NCBI GenBank assembly: GCA_028282585.1
Contig: JANQHR010000141.1
Coordinates: forward strand, 1-30,959
Origin: Bacteroidales bacterium
GTDB taxonomy: Bacteria > Bacteroidota > Bacteroidia > Bacteroidales > UBA12077
Direction: 5' to 3'
DNA length: 30,959 nucleotides
Part shown: piece by piece, positions 18,244-26,520 of the stretch
How the letters are laid out: each line of letters begins with the position of its first letter
How positions within the stretch are numbered: the first letter of the stretch is position 1
Program-made: the position numbers and the translations under genes
The notes under the pieces: model-generated
The model's input: the letters and a program-made list of their open reading frames with translations, nothing else
Told to the model about the DNA's origin: nothing
Database searches by the model: none

Positions 18244-19622
18244 AGTTTATTTAACAGAAAGTGGACATCAGTTCTATAAGCCCTAATTGCTGGTAGAATT
18301 GCGCTTAGCAAACCAACACCTAAAGCATATAATAGCATAACAAGTTCTTTGTTTATTATAACGTATTGCAACGTAACCGCTGCATTACCAGCGAAGTTAT
18401 TAATTACAAAAATCGCTATTCTTACTATTATAAGGCCTATAATCCAGCCTGAAATTGCTAAAATAATACTTTGCCAAAAAAGCAAAAATAAAATCTTAGT
18501 TCTAGTCACTCCTAACGAACGCAGAAGAGCAATTTCATATATCTCCTGGCTTAACTTATTCAACAAATGAATCATTATATTAATACCGGAAAATATAATT
18601 ATAATCCAGGCAAGAATTTGTAGAAAGTTAAAACCGTATCCTAATAAGGACATTAACCTGTTCAACTCAATTGCCGGAGATGCTGCCTGCATTTTAGTAT
18701 TTTGGTTTATCATACGTGGCAAGGTAGTGGCTGCAATAGGATTTCTATAAAATACAAGTAAAGCCGTAATTTCTTTGCCAGTTTCTTCATCTTCCTCATC
18801 AATATTTTCTTTATACTCATAATAGAGGCTTACTTCATGTGCCGTTAATTCTTCCTGATGCTTCATTTTATGAAGAATAGTTTCTACTTGATCGCTTTTT
18901 TTATGTTCACGGTTTTTTATTGTTTTTTCATCAGAGTGATCACAATCATGGCCATGTTCATGATGATGATCGTGTTCGTGATGCTCATGATCATGATGTC
19001 CGTCACTAGTTTCATGTACATGCCAAACGCTTTCTACTTTGGTTATAATCAACCTGTCGAGTACGGTTCCTGTTGTTTTTAGTTCGCCAGTTACGGTATA
19101 CTTATGATCATCGTGATGGTGCCCCTCTTCCATAAAACCATGAACACCTGTAAACTCATCACCTGTTTTTAATCCTGTTTTTTTTGCTACAACATTTCCT
19201 ATTACTACCTCCATTGTTTTTTTGTTCCAACTTCCTTCATTTAATTTTGCATGGTAGAGTTCGAGGTACTCGGGTGTTGTTCCAACAATTCTAAACCCTT
19301 TAAAATTATCGCCCAACGCTATTGGTACAGTCTTTTTAACCAAAGGGTTCCTTGATATTTTATTTGCTTCTTTTAGTGAAATATTGCCGGTAGGATTATC
19401 AGCATGCAACACGGAAGAAATGATCAATTGCAAAGGGCTTCCCTTTGCCCCCGCAACTAAATCGATCCCTGCCAGATTACCAGTGATTTGCTGTTCGGTA
19501 AATTTTTCAAAATGCAATAATAACGAAATAATACCCATTCCTAATGCGAACATACAAACGCTTAATATTGAATTGATTGGTTTTGATTTTAATTGAGATA
19601 TGGATAATTTTAGAATCCTCAT
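18240..19622 (-). CDS. MacB/FtsX-type ABC transporter permease with His-rich periplasmic insert
   Basis: N-terminal TM, DLVAGAKGSPLQLI, PIALGDNFKGFRIVGT, EIALLRSLG plus three C-terminal TMs; 14 His in 29 residues at 18936-19022. Confidence 0.9.
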   Translation of the reverse strand: MRILKLSISQLKSKPINSILSVCMFALGMGIISLLLHFEKFTEQQITGNLAGIDLVAGAKGSPLQLIISSVLHADNPTGNISLKEANKISRNPLVKKTVPIALGDNFKGFRIVGTTPEYLELYHAKLNEGSWNKKTMEVVIGNVVAKKTGLKTGDEFTGVHGFMEEGHHHDDHKYTVTGELKTTGTVLDRLIITKVESVWHVHETSDGHHDHEHHEHDHHHEHGHDCDHSDEKTIKNREHKKSDQVETILHKMKHQEELTAHEVSLYYEYKENIDEEDEETGKEITALLVFYRNPIAATTLPRMINQNTKMQAASPAIELNRLMSLLGYGFNFLQILAWIIIIFSGINIMIHLLNKLSQEIYEIALLRSLGVTRTKILFLLFWQSIILAISGWIIGLIIVRIAIFVINNFAGNAAVTLQYVIINKELVMLLYALGVGLLSAILPAIRAYRTDVHFLLNKL

Positions 19623-19628
19623 TTTAAT

Positions 19629-20258
19629 CTAATTTAATTGAATACTGTTTTTGAAATGTTCCTCAATACGGGCATCGTGAGTCGCTATTAATAAGGTAAC
19701 ACCATGCTGCAAACATATTCTTTTTATAAGTTGTATAAAAAGCCGGCAATTTTCATCATCGAGGCTTGATGTAGGTTCATCAGCAATAACCAGCTTTGGT
19801 TTATTTGCAAGGGCTCTTGCTATTGAAAATCTTTGTAGTTCTCCCTGGCTAAGGTGTGCAGGTTTTTTCTTCGCCAGATCTTTTATACCCAAATCGTCAA
19901 GTAATTGATGTATGGTTTGTTTATCAAAATCTTTACCAGACATTTCCTGTGGTATTATGGCATTCTGATACATATTAACAGCGTTAAGAAATATGTTTTT
20001 TTGAAATATTAATCCGATGGTATCTGCTCTTAACCTATCAAGCCGGGATTGATTAAGCTTGTTTAAAATTAAATTATCAATTTTAATAGTTCCTTGTGTT
20101 GGTTTCAAAATTCCCGCCAGCAAATGAATAAGTGTGGTTTTGCCACTACCCGACTTACCTTTTAATAACCACTGTTCTCCTTCGTTGATTAATAAATCAG
20201 GAAATGAAAGGTTCCGGCTTCCGGAATATTTATAATTCACGTTTCTTATCTCTATCAT
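19629..20258 (-). CDS. ABC transporter ATP-binding protein (LolD/MacB-like)
   Basis: Walker A GKSGSGKT, signature LSQGE, Walker B IADEP, H-loop ATHD. Confidence 0.95.
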   Translation of the reverse strand: MIEIRNVNYKYSGSRNLSFPDLLINEGEQWLLKGKSGSGKTTLIHLLAGILKPTQGTIKIDNLILNKLNQSRLDRLRADTIGLIFQKNIFLNAVNMYQNAIIPQEMSGKDFDKQTIHQLLDDLGIKDLAKKKPAHLSQGELQRFSIARALANKPKLVIADEPTSSLDDENCRLFIQLIKRICLQHGVTLLIATHDARIEEHFKNSIQLN

Positions 20259-20536
20259 ATCGCATTTATTCTAATTAAAGAAATAACGTACACTTTGTAT
20301 CTAAATTATAATATGGTGTGTAAGTTATTGAAATACCTATTAGATATTTTTTCTAATAGCTAATTAATCATCCGGCGGAATTTTAGTGTTTTTTTACACA
20401 GCCTTCCGCGCTGTTAATTATACCTACGTAAAAATTTTACATTTCAAAAATATATGACTCATAAAGAATAAAAAAGCCATTAATAAAATAAAAATTCCAA
20501 AAAATATAAAGTTGCTCCTTAAAACCATTTGAATTT

Positions 20537-20560
20537 TATAATCAATTATAATTGATTATA
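20537..20560. promoter_or_regulatory. Perfect 24-bp palindrome, candidate operator
   Basis: TATAATCAATTATAATTGATTATA equals its own reverse complement; lies in the divergent spacer between the ABC operon and the acyltransferase pair. Confidence 0.5.
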
Positions 20561-20828
20561 GTTATGCGTTAGATTTCAAAGAATTATTACAGGTTTTCTA
20601 AAAAACAAATCATTTATAGGTAATAGAATAATATTTAAGGTTATACAATCCGACGATGATTAATAATTTGTTGAAAATGTTGGCTAAGGCCCTGCTAAAG
20701 TAAGGTTTATTAAGTATTATTAAAGAATCGGAAGTTTAGTAAATGTTTTACGGGTGGGTAAATTATAGTATATCATAAAGTTTTTAAGTGTAAAACATCG
20801 TTTATCGACCCATAAAAAATATTTGTTT

Positions 20829-20836
20829 TACTTTTG
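20829..20836 (+). promoter_or_regulatory. Bacteroidota sigma70 -7 element for the acyltransferase operon
   Basis: TACTTTTG matches TAnnTTTG, ending 21 nt before the ATG at 20858. Confidence 0.6.
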
Positions 20837-20857
20837 ACAAGTAAATTAAAACGCTTT

Positions 20858-21685
20858 ATGGAAAAGATCAATGTAAGAGAAGTATTCAAGCAAAAGAATC
20901 CTAAAATAGCAAAACTAATCCCGGGATTTATCTATAGGCATATTGAGAGAATTGTACATCAAAAAGAGGTAAATGAGATTAGGGAAAAAATCAATCATTT
21001 GCAGGGGCTTGATTATGCTAAAGGAATTATTGATTATTTTGACATAAAAATTCAGATACAGGGAGAAGAGCTTATTCCCTCTGATGGAAGAAATATATTT
21101 GTTGCCAACCACCCTTTGGGCGGGTTTGATGGAATTGTTTTTGCTCATGTAGTAGGGCAAAAGAATCCTAATATTCAATTTCTAGTGAATGATATTTTAA
21201 TGAACCTAAAAAACTTTGAATCAATTTTTATCCCGGTAAATAAACATGGCCGACAATCGATGAAATATGTGCGAAAAATTGAAGAAACATATAAATCGGA
21301 TCAACAAGTTTTAAATTTTCCGGCAGGACTATGTTCAAGAAAAATTAAAGGAAAAATTATGGACCTGGAATGGAGAAAAAGTTTTATCAGTAAAGCTGTC
21401 GAACACAAAAGAGATGTAGTCCCGGCACACATATCAGGAAGAAATTCCAACTTCTTTTACAACTTGTCAAACTTCAGGACAAAACTTGGGATTAAAACTA
21501 ATTTTGAAATGTTCTATCTTGTAGACGAAGCATTTAAACAGAAAAATAAAAACATAACAGTTACTTTTGGAAAGCCAATTCCTTTTACAACATTCGATAA
21601 ATCTTTGCCTGCAAAAGATTGGGCTAAAAAGGTACAGGATTATATTTACACCCTTTCAGAAGACAACTTAAAACCATTCAAATAA
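20858..21685 (+). CDS. glsA: PlsC/LPLAT-family O-acyltransferase (GlsA/OlsA-like)
   Basis: NHPLGG-FD catalytic motif, FPAG, SGRNSNFFY, FGKPIP. Start moved from TTG 20834 to ATG 20858 because the TTG overlaps the -7 element. Symbol inferred from pairing with the N-acyltransferase. Confidence 0.8.
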   Translation: MEKINVREVFKQKNPKIAKLIPGFIYRHIERIVHQKEVNEIREKINHLQGLDYAKGIIDYFDIKIQIQGEELIPSDGRNIFVANHPLGGFDGIVFAHVVGQKNPNIQFLVNDILMNLKNFESIFIPVNKHGRQSMKYVRKIEETYKSDQQVLNFPAGLCSRKIKGKIMDLEWRKSFISKAVEHKRDVVPAHISGRNSNFFYNLSNFRTKLGIKTNFEMFYLVDEAFKQKNKNITVTFGKPIPFTTFDKSLPAKDWAKKVQDYIYTLSEDNLKPFK

Positions 21686-21724
21686 AAATTGTAAATTTAC
21701 ATTGCTAAACTACTAAAAACTACG

Positions 21725-22672
21725 ATGAAAGAAGTAATAGAAGCCGTTGAAAAGGGCCTTCTTGAAAAAGAATTAGTTCCTGAAAGATTTTTAAGAAAAA
21801 CCAATAATGGTGGTAATGAGCTTTACATTATTAACCACCATAATTCGCCAAACCTAATGAGAGAAATTGGGCGGCTTAGGGAATTAACTTTCAGAAATGC
21901 CGGTGGAGGAACCGGTAAAGATATTGATATTGACAAATTTGACACCCAGGAAGAACCATATGAACAATTAATTACCTGGGATCCTGACCAAAAAGAAATT
22001 TCCGGTGGTTATAGATTTCACGTATGTAGTAACGAAAGTAATGCTGATAATTTGGCAACCTCAAAGCTTTTCTCATTTTCAGATGAATTTAACAGGGAAT
22101 ATCTTCCTTTTATGATAGAGCTAGGCAGATCCTTCGTTCAACCAAAATATCAATTAGCTTCTGCCGGAAGAAAGGCACTTTATGCTTTGGATAATCTTTG
22201 GGATGGACTAGGCGCCTTAGTGGTTGAAAATCCTCAGATTCATCATTTTTTTGGAAAGGTCACCATGTATCCTCATTTTAACCAGGAAGCAAGAAATATG
22301 ATTTTGTATTTTTTAAAAACTCAGTTCCCTGATGAAAAGGATATGGTTACACCCAGAAAATCCTTGGATTTAGGGATTGATTATGATAAAATGAATGCAT
22401 TGTTCTCCGTGAAAGGTTACAATGAAAATTATAAAATACTTCAAAAAAGTGTTAGAGAATTTGGCTTAAATATTCCTCCGCTTATCAATGCTTACATGAA
22501 CCTTTCTCCAACTATGAAATTTTTTGGAACGGCTATTAATGAGGCTTTTGGAGGTGTTGAAGAATCGGGAATTATGATCACAATAAATGATATATTCCCA
22601 ACTAAGAAACAGAGGCATATTGAAACGTATGTAAAAAATAAGCTTTTACGAGTTTTTAAATTGAAAAAGTAG
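21725..22672 (+). CDS. glsB: GNAT-fold N-acyltransferase (GlsB/OlsB-like, often annotated as hemolysin)
   Basis: LMREIGRLRELTFR, DIDKFD, GGYR, IELGRSFV, LWDGL, IPPLINAYM: the N-acyl amino acid synthase pattern. Confidence 0.82.
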   Translation: MKEVIEAVEKGLLEKELVPERFLRKTNNGGNELYIINHHNSPNLMREIGRLRELTFRNAGGGTGKDIDIDKFDTQEEPYEQLITWDPDQKEISGGYRFHVCSNESNADNLATSKLFSFSDEFNREYLPFMIELGRSFVQPKYQLASAGRKALYALDNLWDGLGALVVENPQIHHFFGKVTMYPHFNQEARNMILYFLKTQFPDEKDMVTPRKSLDLGIDYDKMNALFSVKGYNENYKILQKSVREFGLNIPPLINAYMNLSPTMKFFGTAINEAFGGVEESGIMITINDIFPTKKQRHIETYVKNKLLRVFKLKK

Positions 22673-22683
22673 AAGATTCATGT

Positions 22684-23211
22684 ATGTTACTTATAGAGTC
22701 TCTTCATGAAATAAAACAATTAAAAAAGGGCGATTTCTTTGTAGAGCACAACAGGCCTTTTGTAAAAATCGGACAGGTTATTAAGGGAGTTTTAAGAGGA
22801 TTTATTCATGACAATAATGGTGATGAAATAACTACTCATTTTTATCATGAAGCGGATATGCTATTTGGTAATTACATACCAAATGTTAATGCTTCCATTT
22901 CTATTCAGGCTTTAGAAGAATGCACTATTTCACTTGCAAATTTTAATGAGATAATGTCCTATGTAAATAAAGATGAGGTAATTTCAAAAGTTATAAATAA
23001 TGCTTTTCATAACTTAAACGCTAAGTTACAATCTCGTTTAGTCTCACTACTCAACTTAAACTCTACAGAGAAATATGAATTATTCTTACAAGAATACCCC
23101 AGCTTAATCAATCGAATTCCGCATTATTATATCGCCAATTATCTTGGAATAACACCTACGCAATTAACAAGGGCCAGAAAAGATTTTATCAACAAATGTA
23201 AACGAGATTAA
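22684..23211 (+). CDS. Crp/Fnr-family transcriptional regulator
   Basis: cNMP-like domain (LKKGDFFV, KGVLRGF, IQALEEC) and HTH (RIPHYYIANYLGITPTQLTRARK). Confidence 0.92.
   Translation: MLLIESLHEIKQLKKGDFFVEHNRPFVKIGQVIKGVLRGFIHDNNGDEITTHFYHEADMLFGNYIPNVNASISIQALEECTISLANFNEIMSYVNKDEVISKVINNAFHNLNAKLQSRLVSLLNLNSTEKYELFLQEYPSLINRIPHYYIANYLGITPTQLTRARKDFINKCKRD
23189..23202 (+). promoter_or_regulatory. Putative Crp/Fnr-type binding site embedded in the 3' end of the regulator gene
   Basis: TCAACAAATGTAAA approximates a TTnACA-N2-TGTnAA dyad, centred about 30 bp upstream of a TAGTTTTG -7 element. Confidence 0.5.
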
Positions 23212-23224
23212 AGATTACTCCGTT

Positions 23225-23232
23225 TAGTTTTG
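23225..23232 (+). promoter_or_regulatory. Bacteroidota -7 element for the 23259 gene
   Basis: TAGTTTTG matches TAnnTTTG, ending 26 nt before the ATG. Confidence 0.6.
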
Positions 23233-23258
23233 CTTAAAAATAATCAATCTAAAACGAT

Positions 23259-23744
23259 ATGAAACTTAAAGCAAAACGAATTATACGAAATTATTGCCAG
23301 GTAATAAATTCTACTCCGGAAACCATATTTCCATTACTATGCCCGGTTAAGGAAAAGGAATGGTTAGATGGCTGGAGCTATAAATTGATTTATTCTCAAT
23401 CAGGTTTTGCAGAAGAAGGAGCAATATTCACAACTTCTAAAGAAGGTGAAGAAGATACTGCTTGGATTATAACAGTTCGTGATAATGAAAATCATAAGGT
23501 AGAATTTGTAAGTGTTACACCAAAATCCAGGGCTAGTTCTTTAAAAATAAAAGTACGACAAAAAGGTTTTGATAGTTCGTTTGTTGATATAAAATATACA
23601 CACACAAGCCTTTCCAGCAACGGTGATAATTTTATTGATAACCATACGGAAAAAGTATTTTTGGGTATGATGAAGTTTTGGGAAGATTCAATGAACTATT
23701 TCTTGAAAACCGGAGAAAAGTTAAAAAAGATAAACGACAAATAG
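23259..23744 (+). CDS. Hypothetical protein, probable SRPBCC/START-like fold
   Basis: 161 aa; STPETIFPLLCPVKEKEWLDGW start, beta-rich middle, long C-terminal helix (FWEDSMNYFLKTG). Confidence 0.6.
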   Translation: MKLKAKRIIRNYCQVINSTPETIFPLLCPVKEKEWLDGWSYKLIYSQSGFAEEGAIFTTSKEGEEDTAWIITVRDNENHKVEFVSVTPKSRASSLKIKVRQKGFDSSFVDIKYTHTSLSSNGDNFIDNHTEKVFLGMMKFWEDSMNYFLKTGEKLKKINDK

Positions 23745-23748
23745 AACT

Positions 23749-23800
23749 TGCGATTAAATAACAAAAGAAGCCTGCCTGCGTTAGGTAAACTTTAATCGCA
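23749..23800. repeat. 10-bp inverted repeat enclosing a degenerate CCTGCCT REP-like copy
   Basis: tgcgattaaa (23749-23758) and tttaatcgca (23791-23800) flank cctgcct-gcgtt-aggtaaa (23771-23789), between convergent genes. Confidence 0.6.
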
Positions 23801-23888
23801 TATAAAATAAGGCTATTTGATACTGAAATACTATCAGGATTCACAATGAGAATTCTATTTTAGAGGCTCCGAGTATTAAGACATAAAA

Positions 23889-25790
23889 TTAGTAGGCCCT
23901 TTGATTTTTTCCCTCAATAAAATTTATGAAAGATTTATTAACTACTTTATTACCTCCAGGAGTTGGGTACTTTCCTGTAAAATACCAGTCACCCGTATCG
24001 TTAGGGCATGCAGCATGAAGGTTTTCAATAGTTTGAAATACTATTTCAACATCTGCATTCACTTCTTTTGATTTTAATAATTCAGAGATTTTTGCCGAAA
24101 TTTCTTCAGGAGTAAACGATTTAAAAATTTCTTTTACATAGTTTACGATTTCTTCTTTTGGTAAATTCTCCTGAGCCTTTGACTTTTTGTAAACTTCATT
24201 TATAATTGACTCACGCCCTGTTTCCTTTAGCAAATCAATAGCAGCTCTAAAAGCAACGAAATCTCCTAATTTAGCCATATCAATTCCATAACAATCCGGA
24301 TATCTGATCTGTGGTGATGAAGAAACCACAATAATTTTCTTTGGCTTAAGTCGATCTAAAATTTTCAAAATGCTTTCACGTAAAGTTGTGCCGCGAACTA
24401 TTGAATCATCAATAACCACAAGATTATCAACCCCTCCTTGAACTGTTCCATACGTTACATCATAAACATGACCTACAAGATCTTTTCTTCCTTTGTCTTG
24501 TGCAATAAATGTTCTAAGTTTAATATCCTTAATAGCTATTTTTTCAACCCTGATCTTCTTAGCCATAATTTGATCTATGGCTTTATTATCCAATTTGTCA
24601 CCTAAAGCTAACATCTCTTTTTTCTGCTCTTCCAGTAAATACGTTTTTAATTCATCAACCATCCCATAGAAAGCAGTTTCTGATGTATTTGGTATAAATG
24701 AAAAAACAGTATTTTCTATGTCATGATCAATAGCCTCCATTATTTGCGGAACAAGTAACCTTCCCAGCTGTTTTCTTTCCTGGTAAATATCTTTATCACT
24801 ACCCCGAGAAAAATAAATTCTTTCAAATGAACACGATGTTCTTTTTTGAGGAATTCTTATTTCTTCAGATGTAACCCTTCCATCCTTTTTAATAATTAAT
24901 GCCTCGCCAGGCTTTATTTCGTTAACCGAATCAGCATCTACATTCATTACTGTTTGAATAACCGGTCGTTCCGATGCCACCACCACAATTTCATCATCTT
25001 TATAATAAAAAGCCGGGCGGATACCGTTTGGATCACGAGTTACAAATGCATCTCCATGACCTATGACACCTGCAATGGCATAACCTCCATCCCAATCTTT
25101 ACTAGCCTCTTGCAATATCTTCTTAACATCTAAATCTTTTGCAATTAAAGATGATATCTCTTTATTTTTAAACCCATCATTTTTATACTGTCGGAAAAGC
25201 ATCTGATTTTCTTCATCTAAAAAGTGTCCTACCTTCTCGAGAACAGTTACGGTATCTGAATATTCTTTTGGGTGTTGTCCTAATTCTATCAAAACTCTGA
25301 AAAGCTCATCCACGTTCGTCATATTAAAATTCCCAGCCAACATAAGCGTTCTTGATTTCCAATTATTCTCACGCATTAATGGTTGAACTAATTCAATATC
25401 ATCACCTCCAAATGTTCCATAACGCAGGTGTCCTAAATAAACTTCAGATGCAGATGGTAAATTCTCTTTGGCCCATAAAGGATCATTTAATAAATCAGGG
25501 CTTTTATCCTGTACTTTCGTATGATGACCATTAACTTCGGCAAATACTTCTTTTATTGGAGCTTGTCCATTTGACCTGAATCGATGAATATACTTTTTCC
25601 CTGGATCAAGATCAAATTTAAGGGTTGCTAAACCAGCACCATCCTGACCACGGTTGTGTTGTTTTTCCATCAATAAATAAAGTTTCTGCAATCCATACAT
25701 CCACGATCCGTATTTAGATTGGTAATATTCTAATGGTTTTAACAACCGTATTAAGGCAATTCCACACTCATGTTTTATTTGATCACTCAT
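23889..25790 (-). CDS. purF: Amidophosphoribosyltransferase
   Basis: MSDQIKHE|CGIA (propeptide then catalytic Cys), QHNRGQDGAG, GHLRYGT, RDPNGIRP, CSFERIYFSR, PRPP motif VIDDSIVRGTT. Start moved from TTG 25853 to ATG 25790. Confidence 0.97.
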   Translation of the reverse strand: MSDQIKHECGIALIRLLKPLEYYQSKYGSWMYGLQKLYLLMEKQHNRGQDGAGLATLKFDLDPGKKYIHRFRSNGQAPIKEVFAEVNGHHTKVQDKSPDLLNDPLWAKENLPSASEVYLGHLRYGTFGGDDIELVQPLMRENNWKSRTLMLAGNFNMTNVDELFRVLIELGQHPKEYSDTVTVLEKVGHFLDEENQMLFRQYKNDGFKNKEISSLIAKDLDVKKILQEASKDWDGGYAIAGVIGHGDAFVTRDPNGIRPAFYYKDDEIVVVASERPVIQTVMNVDADSVNEIKPGEALIIKKDGRVTSEEIRIPQKRTSCSFERIYFSRGSDKDIYQERKQLGRLLVPQIMEAIDHDIENTVFSFIPNTSETAFYGMVDELKTYLLEEQKKEMLALGDKLDNKAIDQIMAKKIRVEKIAIKDIKLRTFIAQDKGRKDLVGHVYDVTYGTVQGGVDNLVVIDDSIVRGTTLRESILKILDRLKPKKIIVVSSSPQIRYPDCYGIDMAKLGDFVAFRAAIDLLKETGRESIINEVYKKSKAQENLPKEEIVNYVKEIFKSFTPEEISAKISELLKSKEVNADVEIVFQTIENLHAACPNDTGDWYFTGKYPTPGGNKVVNKSFINFIEGKNQRAY

Positions 25791-25981
25791 TACTACTGAA
25801 TTTACTAGGTATATTAAACACAAAAAACAAGCTTTGTTACTAATCATCAACAAAATTCTTGTTTTTAGTATATTTATAAATAATAATTATATGTCTTAAT
25901 AAGTCTTCGTTCGTTATGTCAATGTGCTTATCTATTTCAAATGCTTTTCTTTTATATGATAAACTTGACATAGTTCAAATT

Positions 25982-26452
25982 TTATTCATCTAATTCCGGA
26001 TAATTAATTTTATCAGGAACAATAAATGCCGAATGAAAATACTTTTTGATTTGATTAAAATCTTTCAGGGCATCGACTCTATTTCTGTAATCTCCTACTA
26101 GCACTCTAAAATAAGGACTAACATATTCACGATAAATTGGTATTTCCGGAAAAAGTTCATAAAATCTAGCCTTAGTAGCCTGAGATTGTTCTCTTGCTCC
26201 GCTCCCTAAATCAGCATATATTCTGATTCTATATCCTGAAATTCCTCCCTCACGTTTATTTTGCTCAATATGATTATAAATAAGGTCATTTATTCTCATA
26301 TCTTGAAATATGACAACTTCACCATTTCCAGTTTCCTGTATACTAACAAATATACTTTGTGCATTATTTACCTTCATTTCATTCTGTGCAAAAGGAGAAA
26401 AATTAAATATTACAGAAACTATAACAGTTAAAAGAAATTTGGATTTTGTCAT
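25982..26452 (-). CDS. SPOR-domain (peptidoglycan-binding) exported protein
   Basis: Signal peptide; GYRIRIY...PYFRVLVGDYRNRVDA...FHSAFIVPD is the Bacteroidota SPOR pattern. Confidence 0.85.
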   Translation of the reverse strand: MTKSKFLLTVIVSVIFNFSPFAQNEMKVNNAQSIFVSIQETGNGEVVIFQDMRINDLIYNHIEQNKREGGISGYRIRIYADLGSGAREQSQATKARFYELFPEIPIYREYVSPYFRVLVGDYRNRVDALKDFNQIKKYFHSAFIVPDKINYPELDE

Positions 26453-26471
26453 ATTTTTCTAAATTACGTTA

Positions 26472-26479
26472 CAAAAATA
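26472..26479 (-). promoter_or_regulatory. Bacteroidota -7 element for the SPOR gene
   Basis: Minus strand TATTTTTG, ending 19 nt before the ATG at 26452. Confidence 0.5.
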
Positions 26480-26520
26480 ATATTTTTTTCTAATAATAGA
26501 TAATTATTACTGGTTAAGAG

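Noticed and set aside
18936-19022. catgat/gatgat-like tandem DNA repeats
   Set aside because: Fully explained by the His/Asp/Glu codons of the permease insert.
20743-20817. Inverted repeats atgttttac/gtaaaacat and ttttacgggt/acccataaaa
   Set aside because: Short, widely spaced, in AT-rich DNA and upstream of the likely -7 element; not distinguishable from chance.
25791-25853. N-terminal extension of PurF given in the ORF track
   Set aside because: TTG start with non-homologous residues; the ATG at 25790 gives the expected short propeptide before the catalytic Cys.
25791-25981. Purine, ZTP or PRPP riboswitch upstream of purF
   Set aside because: The region is very AT-rich and lacks the conserved cores of these aptamers.
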